A stretch of 64,000 bases of DNA. It comes from an uncultured bacterium (GTDB lineage: Bacteria; Lernaellota; Lernaellaia; Lernaellales; Lernaellaceae). Shown here piece after piece: positions 51,041-63,140 of this stretch (positions are counted from its first letter, which is position 1; each line of letters begins with the position of its first letter). The notes beneath the pieces are model-generated. The model had not been told where the DNA came from, did not search any database, and saw nothing but the letters and a program-made list of their open reading frames with translations. The stretch is taken from positions 11,337 to 75,336 of the forward strand of contig CAZEDX010000007.1 of assembly GCA_964511015.1 (NCBI GenBank), given 5' to 3'. The position numbers and the translations under genes were made by a program.

Positions 51041-52555
51041 ATGCGACTAAGCGCCCTTATCGCCGATCTGCCCTGGACTACCGTCGACCGCGATGCCGAG
51101 GTGGCGCGCGCGGTGGTCGATTCGCGCCGCGTGCAGCCGGGCGACCTGTTCGTCGCTATCCGCGGGCAGGAAATCGATGGGGCGAAGTTCATCCCCGCGG
51201 CGGTTGCGGCCGGGGCCGCGGCGATCGCGGTGGAAGGCGATGTGCCCAAACCCGGCGTGCCCGTGGTGCGCGTGGCCGACGCCCGGCGCTTCGCGGCCCT
51301 GGCGGCGCACCGGCTGGCCGGCGACCCGACCGCCGGCATGACCGTGATCGGCATCACCGGCACCAGCGGCAAGACCACCGTTACCTATCTGCTGGAAGCG
51401 ATCTTCAAGGCCCAGGGCCGGAAGGTTGGCGTGATCGGCACGGTCAACTACCGCTACAACGGCACCGTCGTGCAGGCCAAGTACACCACGCCCGAGGCGG
51501 CGGACTTGGTCGCCATTCTGCTCGAGATGAAAGACGCGGGCGTGGATACCGTGGTGATGGAGGTGTCCAGCCACGCGTTGCAGTTGCAGCGCGTCGTCGG
51601 CTGCCACTTCGACGCCGGGGTCTTCACCAACCTCTCGCGCGACCACCTTGACTTCCACGCCGGCCTCGACGCCTACCTGGCGGCGAAGATGCGGCTGTTC
51701 AACGAAATCCTGCCTGCCTCGGTGCGGTACAAGCCGGCCGTTTTTGCGGCGATCAACGTCGACGACCCGGTGGCCGCGCAGATCATCGCCGCCACGCCGG
51801 TGCCGCGCATTCTGTACGGCGACGGCGACACGGTGAGCTGGCGCGAGGTGAACTGCGACTTCAGCGGTTTGCGCGGCCGCCTGCGCTACGGCGATGTCGA
51901 GTTCGACGTGACCTGTCCGCTGCTCGGCGATTTCCAGATCTACAACGTGCTGGCCGCGGTCGCGGTGGCCCACGGCCTGCGTGTGCCGCCGGCGGTGGCG
52001 GCGGCCGGACTGGCCGTCTGCGGGCGCGTGCCCGGGCGGCTGGACGCGGTCGGCGAACAGGAATTCCTGGTGCTGGTCGACTACGCGCACAAGCCCGACG
52101 CGCTGGACAACGCGCTGGCCACATTGCGGCGCCTGGCGCGGGGCCGTGTCATCACCGTCTTCGGTTGCGGCGGCGACCGCGACCAGGGCAAGCGCCCGTT
52201 GATGGGCCGAGCCGCGGCGGCGCGATCGGATCTGACCATCGTCACCAGCGACAATCCGCGCACCGAAGACCCGCGCGCGATTATCAACATGATCCTGCCC
52301 GGGGTGCGGACCGCGGGCCTGCCGGAAATCGCGCCGGACCGGGCGGCGGCCTGGAACGGCGAGCCTGCGTTTGTGGTCGAACCGGACCGGGCGCGCGCGA
52401 TCCAATTGGCGGTGCGCGTGGCTCGCGCCGGCGACATCGTGCTGCTGGCGGGCAAAGGGCACGAAGACTACATGATCATCGGCCGTGAACGCATCCATTT
52501 CGACGACCGCGAGGTCGCCGCGGCGGCGCTGGCTGAACGCGCGGGAGAGAAGTGA
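51041..52555 (+). CDS. murE: UDP-MurNAc-tripeptide ligase (meso-DAP type)
   Basis: GITGTSGKTT, MEVSSHAL, TNLSRDHLD, DYAHKPD, DNPR, GKGHE. Confidence 0.97.
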   Translation: MRLSALIADLPWTTVDRDAEVARAVVDSRRVQPGDLFVAIRGQEIDGAKFIPAAVAAGAAAIAVEGDVPKPGVPVVRVADARRFAALAAHRLAGDPTAGMTVIGITGTSGKTTVTYLLEAIFKAQGRKVGVIGTVNYRYNGTVVQAKYTTPEAADLVAILLEMKDAGVDTVVMEVSSHALQLQRVVGCHFDAGVFTNLSRDHLDFHAGLDAYLAAKMRLFNEILPASVRYKPAVFAAINVDDPVAAQIIAATPVPRILYGDGDTVSWREVNCDFSGLRGRLRYGDVEFDVTCPLLGDFQIYNVLAAVAVAHGLRVPPAVAAAGLAVCGRVPGRLDAVGEQEFLVLVDYAHKPDALDNALATLRRLARGRVITVFGCGGDRDQGKRPLMGRAAAARSDLTIVTSDNPRTEDPRAIINMILPGVRTAGLPEIAPDRAAAWNGEPAFVVEPDRARAIQLAVRVARAGDIVLLAGKGHEDYMIIGRERIHFDDREVAAAALAERAGEK

Positions 52556-53958
52556 TGCACGATCTGTATACCGCCCGGAATCTGCAGGCGGCGCTCGGCG
52601 CGACACTCGTGCGGGGCGATGCCAACCGCACCTTCGCCGGCATTTCCACCGACACCCGCACCATTCGGCCGCGCGACTGTTTCGTGGCGCTAATCGGTCC
52701 GAACTTCAACGGCCACCACTTTCTGGCCGCGGCGGTCGAGAAAGACGCCGGCGGGCTGGTGGTCAGCGAAGACACGCCCACGCCGGGCGGCGACGAGGTG
52801 GTGGTACTGCGCGTGCCCGACACGCTGCAGGCGTTGGGCGACCTGGCGCGCTGGACGCTCGCGCAGCGCCACGTGCCGGTCATCGCCATCACCGGGTCGA
52901 CCGGCAAGACGACGACCAAGGAAATGCTTTCGGCCATCATGGAAATGCATCTGCCCGGGCGGGTGCTGCGCAATGAAGGCAACCTCAACAACTTGATCGG
53001 CCTGCCGCAGACCGTTTTCCAGCTCACCGCGAAGCACCAGGTGGCGGTGCTCGAAATGGGCATGTCGATGCGGGGCGAGATCCGGCGTCTGGCCGAGATC
53101 GCCCGGCCGCACATCGGCGTGGTGACCAACGTCAGCGCCGTGCACCTCGAACACCTCAAGACCATCGGCGCGGTGGCCGAGGCCAAGCGCGAACTGCTCG
53201 AGGATTTCGGCGCGCAGCACATCGCCGTGCTTAACGCCGACGACGAACGCGTCGCTCGCTTCGGCGAAGGACGCCCGTTTCGCTGCCTGTACTTTTCGGC
53301 CGAGCCGGGCAAGGCGGCCGATATCCGCGCCGGGCGGGTGCGCATGAAGGGCTTCGAGGGCATCGAGGTCGAGCTGGCCGTCGGCGGCGAGACGGTGCCG
53401 GTCACGCTGTCGTGCTTTGGCCGGCACAACATCATGAACGCGCTGGCTGCGGCCGGCGCCGCGTACGCCTTCGGCGTGCCGTTAGCCACGATCGCGCGCG
53501 GGCTCGAGGCCTTCCGGCCGGCGGCGATGCGCAGCCGCGTGCTGCACATCTTCGGCGTTACGGTGATCGACGACACTTACAACGCCAACCCGCGCAGCAT
53601 GGATGCGGCCCTGTCCGCCCTGGCCGAACTGGCCGGGCAGGGGCGCAAGATCGCCGTGCTGGGCGATATGTTCGAGCTGGGCGACGAATCCGCCGCCGCG
53701 CACCGGCGCCTCGGCCGGCACGCGGCGAAGATCGGGCTGGACCGCCTGATTCTGTTGGGCGAGCAGGCGCCGCTGGTCGCTGCGGGTGCGCGCGAGGAGC
53801 TGATGCCGGAAGAGCGGATCACGCTGGCCGCCGACGCCGCGCTGATCGTTGAGGATCTGCGCGAAAGCTCGCGCCGGGGCGACGTCATTCTGGTCAAGGG
53901 CAGCCGCGGCATGCGCATGGAACGCGTGGTGCGCGGGTTGAAAGGAGAAACGATCTGA
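52552..53958 (+). CDS. murF: UDP-MurNAc-pentapeptide ligase
   Basis: TGSTGKTTTK, GNLNNLIGLP, EMGM, DDTYNANP, LGDMFELG, VKGSRG. Confidence 0.97.
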   Translation: MMHDLYTARNLQAALGATLVRGDANRTFAGISTDTRTIRPRDCFVALIGPNFNGHHFLAAAVEKDAGGLVVSEDTPTPGGDEVVVLRVPDTLQALGDLARWTLAQRHVPVIAITGSTGKTTTKEMLSAIMEMHLPGRVLRNEGNLNNLIGLPQTVFQLTAKHQVAVLEMGMSMRGEIRRLAEIARPHIGVVTNVSAVHLEHLKTIGAVAEAKRELLEDFGAQHIAVLNADDERVARFGEGRPFRCLYFSAEPGKAADIRAGRVRMKGFEGIEVELAVGGETVPVTLSCFGRHNIMNALAAAGAAYAFGVPLATIARGLEAFRPAAMRSRVLHIFGVTVIDDTYNANPRSMDAALSALAELAGQGRKIAVLGDMFELGDESAAAHRRLGRHAAKIGLDRLILLGEQAPLVAAGAREELMPEERITLAADAALIVEDLRESSRRGDVILVKGSRGMRMERVVRGLKGETI

Positions 53959-55289
53959 TGTTGCTGACCGACCGCAAAGTGCTGGTGGTGGGCCTCGGAC
54001 GTAGCGGCCGCGCCGTGGTGCGCGTGGCCCGCGATCTGGGTGCTCGCGTCGCGGTCAGCGATAAAGCGAAGCGCGAAGATCTAGCGGAGGTGTTACGCGA
54101 CCTGGGGCCGGCGGTCGATCAGGTCGAGACCGGCGGACATTCCCCCGCCCTGTTCCGCTGGGCCGATTTGATCGTCGTCAGCCCCGGGGTTCCTCTGGCC
54201 GACCCGGTCTTTGCCATCGCGCGCGAGGCTGGCGCGGAAATCATTGGCGAAGTCGAGTTCGCGTTCCGCTATCTCGATTGTCCGGTGCTCGGCATCACCG
54301 GCACCAACGGCAAGTCCACCACGACAGCGTTGCTGGGCGCGATCATGCAGGCCAGCGGCAAGAAGGTATTCGTCGGCGGCAACCTGGGCACGCCGTTGAT
54401 CGAGGCGGTGGAGAACCGTGTGGAGTACGACTTCGCGGTGGTGGAGCTTTCGAGCTTCCAACTTGAAGGCATCCATCGCCTGCGTGCTACCGTCGCCGCG
54501 CTGCTCAACCTGACGCCCGACCACCTGAATCGCTACGCCGATTTCGACGCGTACGTCGCGGCCAAGTGCCGCATCTTCCGCAATCAACTGCCGTCCGACG
54601 CCGCGGTACTCAACGCCGGCGACGCCAAGGTCATGGCCCGCGCCGCCGAGGTGCGTTCGCGCCTGTTCACCTTCGGCCGCGCCGGCGGCAACGCCTGGAT
54701 CGAAGGCTCGACGCTGCGCTTGGAAAGCGACGAGTTCCACGACGCGATCGACATTGCCGGCTACCAACTGCCCGGCGCGCACAACCGCGCCAACCTCGAG
54801 GCGGCCGCGTTGATGGCCCGCCTGGCCGGCGCCGACGCCGCCGCCATCGCCCTGGCCGCTTCGACCTTTCCCGGTCTCGAACACCGCCTGGAGATCCTCG
54901 GCGAGCGCGACGGGGTGCTGTACATCAACGATTCCAAATCGACCACCGAAGACTCGGTGCTGACCGCGGTGGCGGCGATGAATCGGCCGGTGGTGCTGGT
55001 GCTCGGCGGCCGCGACAAGGGCGCCGATTGGGAAGCGCTCGACGAGGCGCTGGCCGGCCGCGTGCGCGCGGTGGTGGCCTACGGCGAGGCCGGCGACGTC
55101 ATCGCACGGCACCTGGTGCACACGCCGACCCGCTTGATGCCGCCGTTTGCCGCCGCGTTGGACGAAGCGGCGCGCTTGGCCCGCCCGGGGGACGTGGTGC
55201 TGCTCTCGCCGGGCTGCACCAGCTTTGACCAGTTCAAGAATTTCGAGGAACGCGGCGCCGCGATGCGCGCGTGGGTGAGGGAACGCTGA
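53958..55289 (+). CDS. murD: UDP-MurNAc-L-Ala:D-Glu ligase
   Basis: [56 protein letters not shown]. Confidence 0.97.
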   Translation: MLLTDRKVLVVGLGRSGRAVVRVARDLGARVAVSDKAKREDLAEVLRDLGPAVDQVETGGHSPALFRWADLIVVSPGVPLADPVFAIAREAGAEIIGEVEFAFRYLDCPVLGITGTNGKSTTTALLGAIMQASGKKVFVGGNLGTPLIEAVENRVEYDFAVVELSSFQLEGIHRLRATVAALLNLTPDHLNRYADFDAYVAAKCRIFRNQLPSDAAVLNAGDAKVMARAAEVRSRLFTFGRAGGNAWIEGSTLRLESDEFHDAIDIAGYQLPGAHNRANLEAAALMARLAGADAAAIALAASTFPGLEHRLEILGERDGVLYINDSKSTTEDSVLTAVAAMNRPVVLVLGGRDKGADWEALDEALAGRVRAVVAYGEAGDVIARHLVHTPTRLMPPFAAALDEAARLARPGDVVLLSPGCTSFDQFKNFEERGAAMRAWVRER

Positions 55290-56497
55290 TGGTCGAGCGG
55301 ACACGCCAGCATGGCTTCTCGTTCGACCGGCCGTTGCTGTTCCTGTTGCTGGTCATCATCAGCATCGGGCTGGTGATGGTCAGCAGCGCCAGCTTCCCGC
55401 TGCACGAGAACCCCTACCACTACTTCACGCGCCAACTGGTCTTCGTCGGCATCGGCCTGGTGCTGATGTTCTTCATCGGCAGCCGCGACATCCACCGCCT
55501 GAATTCGACTCCATTGGTCGTCACGCTGCTGGCTGTCAGTGGCGTGCTGCTGGCGCTGTGCTTCGTGCCGGGCATCGCCGCGCCGGCCAACGGTGCGCGC
55601 CGTTGGCTGCAAATCGGGCCGATTTCGGGCCAACCGTCGGAAATCGCCAAAGGCGCGGCTCTGCTGTTCTTCGCCCATTTCCTGGCTCGCAAGGGCGAGG
55701 ATGTGCGCGACTTCTGGCGCGGCGTGTTGCCGGTCACCCTGGCGGCTCTGGTAATCATCGGTGGCATCATCATCGAACCCGACCTCGGTGGCAGCACGAT
55801 GGTCGGTCTGTTGATGATGGTCATGTTGTTTCTCGCCGGCGCACGGCTGCGGGTGTTAGGCTTGTACGCGCTAGGGGGGCTGACCGGCTTCGTGGCGCTG
55901 ATGCTGTCCAACCCCTACCAGCTTCGCCGGCTGATGTCGTTCCTGCACCCGTGGGACGACCCGACCGGCACCAGCTACCAGATCAAAAATTCACTGATCG
56001 CGCTGGGCCGCGGCGGCTTGACCGGTGTCGGCGTCGGCAACGGCATGCAGAAGCTGTTCTTCCTGCCCGAAATCCACAACGACTTCATTCTGGCCAACCT
56101 CGGCGAGGAGCTCGGCCTGCTCGGCCTGTGGTTGGTTTTCATTCTGTTCGGCCTGTTGGTTTTCCGGTCGATGCGTTTGGCGATGCGCTGCCGCGAACCG
56201 TTTGCGCGGTTGATCGGCGCGGGCGCCGCGGCGCTGCTCGGGCTGCAGGTCGTGGTCAATGCCGCGGTGGTCATGTGCCTGGCCCCGACCAAGGGCCTGG
56301 CGATTCCGTTTCTGTCTTACGGCGGCAGTTCGGCAGTGCTCAATTTCAGCCTGATCGGCCTGATTCTGGCGGTCGGGCGGGCCGGCGGGCCGAAGACGGC
56401 GCCCGAAGCCGGGGTCGCCTGGCATCCGTTGCGCGACCGCCGCGTGGCCGGTCTGGAGGAACCATGTTCGGACGTACGGAACACATCCATTTCGTAG
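55289..56497 (+). CDS. ftsW: SEDS peptidoglycan polymerase FtsW
   Basis: GARRW...QPSE.AK, EPDLG, YQ...S..A.G.GG..G.G.G.G.QK..FLPE.HNDFI...GEE.G, PTKG..IPF.SYGGS. Confidence 0.96.
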   Translation: MVERTRQHGFSFDRPLLFLLLVIISIGLVMVSSASFPLHENPYHYFTRQLVFVGIGLVLMFFIGSRDIHRLNSTPLVVTLLAVSGVLLALCFVPGIAAPANGARRWLQIGPISGQPSEIAKGAALLFFAHFLARKGEDVRDFWRGVLPVTLAALVIIGGIIIEPDLGGSTMVGLLMMVMLFLAGARLRVLGLYALGGLTGFVALMLSNPYQLRRLMSFLHPWDDPTGTSYQIKNSLIALGRGGLTGVGVGNGMQKLFFLPEIHNDFILANLGEELGLLGLWLVFILFGLLVFRSMRLAMRCREPFARLIGAGAAALLGLQVVVNAAVVMCLAPTKGLAIPFLSYGGSSAVLNFSLIGLILAVGRAGGPKTAPEAGVAWHPLRDRRVAGLEEPCSDVRNTSIS

Positions 56498-57846
56498 GCA
56501 TCGGCGGCATCGGCATGAGCGGCATCGCCGAGGTGCTGCTCAATCTGGGCTACCGCGTCTCCGGTTCGGACATGAAGGACAGCGAGATCACCAAGAACCT
56601 GGAGCGCCTGGGCGCGACCGTGTTCGTCGGCCACACCGGGTCGAACATCGCCGGGGCCGACGTGGTGGTGACCAGCAGCGCGATCAAGCCGGACAACCCC
56701 GAGATCACCGCGGCGCGCGCCGCCGCCGTGCCGGTCATTCCGCGGGCCGAGATGCTGGCCGAACTGATGCGCATGAAGTACGGTGTGGCGGTGGCCGGCA
56801 CGCACGGCAAGACGACGACCACCAGCCTGATCGCCACGGTGCTCAACGCGGCCGGGTTCGATCCGACGGTCGTGGTCGGCGGGCGGGTCGACGCGCTCGG
56901 CTCGAACGCCAAGCTCGGCCGCAGCCAGTATTTCGTGGCTGAGGCCGACGAATCCGACGGCAGCTTCCTGCTACTCACCCCGACCATCGCCGTGGTGACC
57001 AACATCGACCTGGAGCACCTCGACTACTACAGCGGCATGGAGCAGCTCAAGCGCACGTTCCTCACCTTCCTGAACAAGGTGCCGTTCTACGGGCTGTGCG
57101 TGATGTGCCATGACGACGAAAACGTGCGTGCGTTGCTGCCGCAGATCCGCAAACGCCTGGTGACCTATGGTCTGACGCAGTCGGCTGAGTTCTTCGCTAG
57201 CGACATCGTGCAGGAGCAGTTCGGCACGCGCTTCATCGCCCACCACACGCAGGCCGGTCGCCTGGGCGAGATCCGCCTGCAGTTGCCCGGCCGGCACATG
57301 GTGCAAAACGCCCTGGCGGCGTTGGCCGTCGCGATGGAACTGGGCGTGAAGTTCGAAGTCGCCGCCGCGGCGATGGCGCAATTCGGCGGCGTGCGGCGCC
57401 GGTTCCAACGCGTCGGCGAAGTCAACAACATTCTGGTCATCGACGACTACGGCCACCACCCGACCGAGATCAAGGCGACGCTGGCCGCGGCGCGCGGCGG
57501 CTTCCAGCGCCGGCTGGTGGTCGCCTTCCAGCCGCACCGGTACACCCGCACGCGCGACCTGTTCGACATGTTCTTGTCGGCGTTTAACGACACCGACAAG
57601 TTGATCATCACCGACATCTACGCGGCCAGCGAAACGCCGCTGGAAGGCGTGACGGCGAAGAAGCTGGTCGACGGCATCCGGGCCATCGGCCATTGCGACG
57701 TCGAATACGTGACCAGCAACGACCAGGTGCTCGAGCGCTTGGTAGAGATCGCGCGGCCGGGCGACCTGATCATGACCCTGGGCGCCGGCGACCTGAACAA
57801 GGTGGCCGTGAGACTGGTGGAACGGTTGAGTGGAGGCCGGGCGTGA
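56464..57846 (+). CDS. murC: UDP-MurNAc:L-Ala ligase
   Basis: ATG 56464 with GGAGGA SD; [41 protein letters not shown]. Confidence 0.97.
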   Translation: MFGRTEHIHFVGIGGIGMSGIAEVLLNLGYRVSGSDMKDSEITKNLERLGATVFVGHTGSNIAGADVVVTSSAIKPDNPEITAARAAAVPVIPRAEMLAELMRMKYGVAVAGTHGKTTTTSLIATVLNAAGFDPTVVVGGRVDALGSNAKLGRSQYFVAEADESDGSFLLLTPTIAVVTNIDLEHLDYYSGMEQLKRTFLTFLNKVPFYGLCVMCHDDENVRALLPQIRKRLVTYGLTQSAEFFASDIVQEQFGTRFIAHHTQAGRLGEIRLQLPGRHMVQNALAALAVAMELGVKFEVAAAAMAQFGGVRRRFQRVGEVNNILVIDDYGHHPTEIKATLAAARGGFQRRLVVAFQPHRYTRTRDLFDMFLSAFNDTDKLIITDIYAASETPLEGVTAKKLVDGIRAIGHCDVEYVTSNDQVLERLVEIARPGDLIMTLGAGDLNKVAVRLVERLSGGRA

Positions 57847-58778
57847 CCACACAGCGCATCCAGGAACGACTGCGGCAGATCTTCGGCGATCGCTGCGAGT
57901 TCGGCGTGCCGATGGCGCCGTTGACCACTTGGCAGGTCGGCGGCCCGGCCGACTGCCTGGTGCGTCCGGTAGCCGCCGACGAAGTCGCCGAGGTGATGCG
58001 CCTGTGCGCCGAATTCCAGTTGCCGGTGCGCGTGGTCGGCAACGGTTCGAACTTGCTGGTGCTCGACGGCGGCCTGCGTGGCGTGACGATGCTGATCCGC
58101 CAGGGCTTCGACCGCTTCGAGCCGAAATTCAGCGGCGAGAACAACGTCGAGCTGGCGGTCGGCGCGGCGCTGTCGATGGCCCGCGCGGTCGACCAGTGCG
58201 CGGCGGCCGGCATCGCCGGCCTGGAATTCCTGGCCGGTATCCCCGGCTCGATCGGCGGCGGCGTGCGCATGAACGCCGGCACACGCGAAGGCGACATTTC
58301 GCGGGTGCTGACTGAGATCGAACTGGTCGACGCCGACGGCAAGGTGCGCCGGGTGCCGCGCGACAAGTTGGTCTATCGCTACCGCGGCCTGGTGTACGAC
58401 GGGCCGTTCGTGATCACCGAAGTGCGCCTGGCGTTGCGGCGCGGCGACGCGGCGCAGATCGCCGCCGCGGTGCAGAAAATCATCGCCTGGCGGCGCGGCC
58501 GACACCCGTACGAATTGCCCAGCGCCGGTTCGACCTTCAAGAACCCGGAAGGGCAGTTCGCCGGCGAATTGATCGAACGTGCCGGCCTCAAGGGCACGCG
58601 CATCGGCGGCGCGCAGGTCAGCGAAAAGCACGCCAATTTCCTGGTCAATCTCGGCCACGCCACGGCGGCAGATGTGTTGGCGCTGATTGAACGTGTGCGG
58701 CAGGTGGTCTTCGAAAAAACCGGCGTGATGCTCGAGCCGGAAGTCAAGATTTGGGGGGAAAAAGATGTGGCGGAATAG
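57843..58778 (+). CDS. murB: UDP-N-acetylenolpyruvoylglucosamine reductase
   Basis: [44 protein letters not shown]. Confidence 0.96.
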   Translation: MTTQRIQERLRQIFGDRCEFGVPMAPLTTWQVGGPADCLVRPVAADEVAEVMRLCAEFQLPVRVVGNGSNLLVLDGGLRGVTMLIRQGFDRFEPKFSGENNVELAVGAALSMARAVDQCAAAGIAGLEFLAGIPGSIGGGVRMNAGTREGDISRVLTEIELVDADGKVRRVPRDKLVYRYRGLVYDGPFVITEVRLALRRGDAAQIAAAVQKIIAWRRGRHPYELPSAGSTFKNPEGQFAGELIERAGLKGTRIGGAQVSEKHANFLVNLGHATAADVLALIERVRQVVFEKTGVMLEPEVKIWGEKDVAE

Positions 58779-59715
58779 GCGCGTCGGCGTGTTGTTCGGC
58801 GGCCCGAGCGCCGAACGGGAAGTCTCGTTGAAGACCGGGCAGGCGGTGTGCGGCGCGCTGCGGCGCAAAGGCTACGACGTGGTGGAACTCGATCTGGACG
58901 ACCAGACCGCAGCCCGTTTGCGCGCCGAGCGGATCGACGTGGTCTACAATGCCCTGCACGGCAAATGGGGCGAGGACGGCTGTGTGCAGGGGTTGCTTGA
59001 GATCCTGCGCATCCCGTACACCGGCCCGGGTGTGACCTCCTCGGCCGTCGGCATGGACAAGGTCATCAGCAACCGGCTGTTCCAGGCGGCGGGCTTGCCG
59101 GTGCCGCCGAACCGCGTGATCGACCGGACTGACTGCGTGGCGTTCGTGAATGCGGACTCGCCCTTCGGCTACCCGCTGGTGATCAAGCCGGCGACCGAAG
59201 GCAGCAGCGTCGGCGTGACCGTGGTGCCGCAGGCGGCGCAGTTGGCCGCGGCGCTGGACAAGGCTTTCGCCGCCGACCAACGCGTGATCGCCGAGCAGTA
59301 TTTGCCCGGGCGCGAGATTCAGGTGGCGGTGCTGGGCAGGCAGGCGATCGGTATCGTCGAGGTGAAGCCGAAGCCGCAGCCCGGCGAGGAGATCACCTTT
59401 TACGACTACGCGCACAAGTACACCAAGGGCATGACCGACTACTTCACCCGGCCGGCCGGGCTCGACGAAGCGCTGGTGCGCGCGGCGGAAGAGATGGCCG
59501 TTCGCGCCTGCCAAGCGATTCTGGCCGAGGGCGTTTGCCGGGTGGATCTGATTCTCGACGGCCAGAACCGTTACTGGGTGTTGGAAGTCAACACGCTGCC
59601 CGGCCTGACGGAGTTGTCACTGGTGCCGATGATCGCGCGTGACTGGCGCGGTCTGGCCTTCGACGACCTGGTAGAAATGGTGCTCAACACGGCGCGGCTG
59701 AAGATCGGCGCGTAA
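58765..59715 (+). CDS. ddl: D-alanine--D-alanine ligase
   Basis: GGPSAEREVSL, LHGKWGEDG, KPATEGSS, YDY..KY, EVNTLPG. Confidence 0.96.
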   Translation: MWRNRRVGVLFGGPSAEREVSLKTGQAVCGALRRKGYDVVELDLDDQTAARLRAERIDVVYNALHGKWGEDGCVQGLLEILRIPYTGPGVTSSAVGMDKVISNRLFQAAGLPVPPNRVIDRTDCVAFVNADSPFGYPLVIKPATEGSSVGVTVVPQAAQLAAALDKAFAADQRVIAEQYLPGREIQVAVLGRQAIGIVEVKPKPQPGEEITFYDYAHKYTKGMTDYFTRPAGLDEALVRAAEEMAVRACQAILAEGVCRVDLILDGQNRYWVLEVNTLPGLTELSLVPMIARDWRGLAFDDLVEMVLNTARLKIGA

Positions 59716-59728
59716 GGACGGAACGCGA

Positions 59729-60595
59729 ATGATCCGGACCAAGAGCGAAAACGGACGGCGAAAGGCGGGGCGGCTGGCCCGGCACAACCGGCCGCGCGGC
59801 CTGATCAAGGCCCGCGTGGTGGCGTTCGCCTGTTCGCTCCAACCGCGGGTGCTGGGCCTGTGGCGGCTGTGGCCGGCGGCGATCTTTCTGGCGCTGGTGG
59901 TGCTACTGCACCAGAACTTCACCCGCGCCGATCAGTTCCGGCTGCGCACGATCGACGTGCCCGAATGCCGCCACCTGACCAAGGCGGCGTTGCTCAATTA
60001 CCTGCATTTCCGGCCCGGCCAGAACATCTTCACCGTCGATGTGCGCGGCGCGGCCGACCGCATCGCCGAGCATCCGTGGGTCAAGACGGCGTCGGTGCGG
60101 CGCCAACTGCCCGACCTGGTTGTGGTCGAGCTGACCGAACGTGAGCCGGTGGCTCTGCTGCGGATGGACGCGCTCTACCTGGTCGACGAAGACGGCGAGC
60201 CGTTCAAGAAGGTCGAGCCGACCGATCCGGTGGATCTGCCGCTGTTGACCGGCTTCGACGCCACCGCGTTTCAGCGCGGCGGCCGGGCGGCCCAACGGGC
60301 GGCCATGCTGATCCGCGAAGGGGCGCGGCTGATTCAGGCTGGCCAGCGCGTTGGCCGTCTCGACCCGCAAGACATCAGCGAGGTGCGCTACGAGGCCAGC
60401 GGCGGGTTTACCTTCATCACCGCCGAAACCGGCGCCCAGATTCGTCTGGGTTTCGGCGACTACGACAAGAAACTCCGGCGCTTCGCCGTCGTTTCGCAGC
60501 AGATCGGCGCGCGGATGGCGCAGGTGCGCCTGGTTGACGTCAGCATTCCCGGCCGCGTGGTGGTGCGCGGCCTGCGCCAGGAGGCGGGGGCATGA
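59729..60595 (+). CDS. ftsQ: Cell division protein FtsQ/DivIB
   Basis: Basic N-terminus, TM, POTRA (HPWVK.ASVRR.LP..V), ERE P.A; canonical position. Confidence 0.9.
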   Translation: MIRTKSENGRRKAGRLARHNRPRGLIKARVVAFACSLQPRVLGLWRLWPAAIFLALVVLLHQNFTRADQFRLRTIDVPECRHLTKAALLNYLHFRPGQNIFTVDVRGAADRIAEHPWVKTASVRRQLPDLVVVELTEREPVALLRMDALYLVDEDGEPFKKVEPTDPVDLPLLTGFDATAFQRGGRAAQRAAMLIREGARLIQAGQRVGRLDPQDISEVRYEASGGFTFITAETGAQIRLGFGDYDKKLRRFAVVSQQIGARMAQVRLVDVSIPGRVVVRGLRQEAGA

Positions 60596-61821
60596 AGAAG
60601 CCGAATCCGCTGGTCGTCGGTCTGGATATCGGAACCACCAAGGTGTGCGCCGTGGTCGCGCAGCGCACCACCGCGGGCATGGACATCACCGGCCTGGGCA
60701 CCTCGCCCAGCGAAGGCATGCGCAAGGGCGTGGTGGTCGACATCGAGTCGACGGTCAAGTCGATCACCGCCGCGGTGGAAGAGGCCGAGGCGATGGCCAA
60801 GTGCGAGATCGGCTCGGTGTTCGTCGGCATCGCCAGCGGCTACATCAAGGGCTTCAACAGCCAGGGCATGATCGCGTTGCGCGACAAGGACGTTACCGCC
60901 GAAGACGTCGCGCGCGTCATCGACGCCGCCAAGGCCGTGGCCATTCCGACCGACCGCGAAGTGCTTCACGTGCTGCCGCGCGAATTCATTCTCGACGGGC
61001 AGGGCGGGATCAAAGACCCGATCGGCATGCAGGGCGTGCGTTTGGAAGTGATGTGCCACATCGTCACCGGCCAGGCCGCCAGCGCCAGCAATCTGATTCG
61101 TTGTTGCCACCAGGCCGGCCTGGACGTCGACAACCTGATTCTCGAGCCGCTGGCCAGCGCCGAGGCCGTGCTCACTGCCGAGGAACGCGAACTGGGCGTG
61201 GCGCTGGTCGACGTCGGCGGCGGCACGACCGACATGGTGGTCTACGTCGACGACGCGGTTGCGCACACCGCCGTGCTCGGCCTGGGCGGCATGCAGATCA
61301 CCAACGACATCGCCCACGGCATGCAGACCACCGCGGCCAGCGCCGAGTGGTTGAAGAAACGCTACGGCCACTGCGTGCCGGGCAAGATCGTGCCGGGCGA
61401 GGAAATCGAAGTCGAATCGCTGGGCGACCGCGAGCCGCGGCTGATGGACCGGCGGATGCTCAGCGAGATCACCGAAGCGCGCGTGCGCGAGATTCTCGAT
61501 CTGATCCACGAAGAGATCATGCGGCAGGAACTCGACGTGCACATCCCGGCCGGCATCGTGCTGACCGGCGGCACGGCGGAACTGCGCGGCATCGAGGAGT
61601 TGGCCGAGCGCATCTTCGGCTGCCCGGTGCGGGTGGGGCGGTCGCGGCACATCGGCGGCCTGGTCGATGTCGTCGCCAGCCCGATGTACGCGACGGGCGT
61701 GGGCCTGGTGCTATTGGGCGCGCGCGAGCTCGCCGCCGGCCGGTTGCCGGTGGGCGATCGCGGCGTGTTCGACAAAGTGAAAGATACGATGTCCGGATGG
61801 ATGAAGAAATTGTGGTCCTGA
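60592..61821 (+). CDS. ftsA: Cell division protein FtsA
   Basis: [28 protein letters not shown]-terminal amphipathic helix ([10 protein letters not shown]). Confidence 0.97.
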   Translation: MKKPNPLVVGLDIGTTKVCAVVAQRTTAGMDITGLGTSPSEGMRKGVVVDIESTVKSITAAVEEAEAMAKCEIGSVFVGIASGYIKGFNSQGMIALRDKDVTAEDVARVIDAAKAVAIPTDREVLHVLPREFILDGQGGIKDPIGMQGVRLEVMCHIVTGQAASASNLIRCCHQAGLDVDNLILEPLASAEAVLTAEERELGVALVDVGGGTTDMVVYVDDAVAHTAVLGLGGMQITNDIAHGMQTTAASAEWLKKRYGHCVPGKIVPGEEIEVESLGDREPRLMDRRMLSEITEARVREILDLIHEEIMRQELDVHIPAGIVLTGGTAELRGIEELAERIFGCPVRVGRSRHIGGLVDVVASPMYATGVGLVLLGARELAAGRLPVGDRGVFDKVKDTMSGWMKKLWS

Positions 61822-61864
61822 GATTGTGCGGCACGGGAGCTTGGGGCTCCGAAGGAGGGAAAGG

Positions 61865-63091
61865 ATGTCTCTGAAGTTCAAGATCGTAGAGCCGGATAGC
61901 GGCGCCAAGTTGAAGGTCGTCGGCATCGGCGGCGGCGGCGGCAACGCCGTCAACACGATGATCGAGGCTGGCCTCCAGGGCGTGGAATTCATCGCCTGCA
62001 ACACCGACAAGCAGGCGCTGGCGTCCAACCTGGCGGCGGTCAAGGTGCAGCTCGGCATCGGCTTGGGGGCCGGCGGCAAACCGGAGGTCGGCGCGCGGTC
62101 GGCCGAGGAGAGCCGCGAGAAGCTGCGCGAGGTGCTCGACGGCGCCGACATGGTGTTCGTCACCGCGGGCATGGGCGGCGGCACCGGCACCGGCGGCGCG
62201 CCGGTCGTGGCCAAGATCGCCAAGGAAATGGGTGCGCTGACGGTCGGCGTAGTGACCAAGCCGTTCCATTTCGAAGGCAAGCGGCGCATGCGGCAGGCCG
62301 AGGAAGGCATCGCCAAGCTGCGCGAGCACGTGGATACGATCATCATCATTCCGAACCAGAAATTGCTGGCCGTGGCCGGCACCGACACCACGCTGGTCGA
62401 CGCCTTCCGGCGCGCCGACGACGTGTTGCTCAAGGGCGTGAAGGCGATCTCCGACCTGGTGGTGAACCAGGGCGCGGTGAACCTCGACTTCGCTGACGTC
62501 GAATCGGTGATGGAAGCGACCGAGTCCACCGGCGAACTGGCGTTGATGGGCACCGGCGAAGCGGCCGGCGCCGACCGCGCGGTCAAGGCCGCGGCGGAGG
62601 CGATCAGCTGCCCGTTGCTGGAAAACGTCAGCATCGAAGGCGCGCGCGGGGTGTTGATCAACATCACCGGCGGCGCCGATCTCAAGCTGTGCGAAGTCAC
62701 CGCGGCGGCCGATCTGATCAAGAAGGCGACCGCCGAAGATGCGGCGATCTTCTGGGGCCAGGTCATCGACCCGACGCTCACCGACGTACTGCGCGTGACG
62801 GTCATCGCCACCGGTTTCGACGAGGCGCGCGAACACGCGCAGACGCCGGTGGTCGAACGGCAGAAGGTGACCTACCTCAACCAGGCCGTCGAGCCGGAGG
62901 CAAAAGAGACGCGTGCGCCGCGCCAACGCGCCGAGCGGGTCGAGGAAGCGCCGATTACCGTCGAGACCGATCCGAAATTGAACCAGCCGCGGCGCAAGGT
63001 GGCGGTGCACACCTGGCGGTCGAGCCGGTTGCAGGCCGACGACGACGCCTACGACATTCCGGCGTTTCTGCGGTATCGCAAACCGGATTGA
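61865..63091 (+). CDS. ftsZ: Cell division GTPase FtsZ
   Basis: [32 protein letters not shown]-terminal DIPAFLR; ATG 61865 with SD. Confidence 0.98.
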   Translation: MSLKFKIVEPDSGAKLKVVGIGGGGGNAVNTMIEAGLQGVEFIACNTDKQALASNLAAVKVQLGIGLGAGGKPEVGARSAEESREKLREVLDGADMVFVTAGMGGGTGTGGAPVVAKIAKEMGALTVGVVTKPFHFEGKRRMRQAEEGIAKLREHVDTIIIIPNQKLLAVAGTDTTLVDAFRRADDVLLKGVKAISDLVVNQGAVNLDFADVESVMEATESTGELALMGTGEAAGADRAVKAAAEAISCPLLENVSIEGARGVLINITGGADLKLCEVTAAADLIKKATAEDAAIFWGQVIDPTLTDVLRVTVIATGFDEAREHAQTPVVERQKVTYLNQAVEPEAKETRAPRQRAERVEEAPITVETDPKLNQPRRKVAVHTWRSSRLQADDDAYDIPAFLRYRKPD

Positions 63092-63140
63092 GCAGGAGCA
63101 GTTCGTGAGCCCCCGCCTTTGCCCAGATAGAACACAGGCT

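Noticed and set aside
55558-57846. 762 aa ORF suggesting a MurG-MurC or FtsW-MurC fusion
   Set aside because: The first 302 residues are an alternate frame of ftsW with no MurG motifs; murC has its own SD and ATG at 56464.
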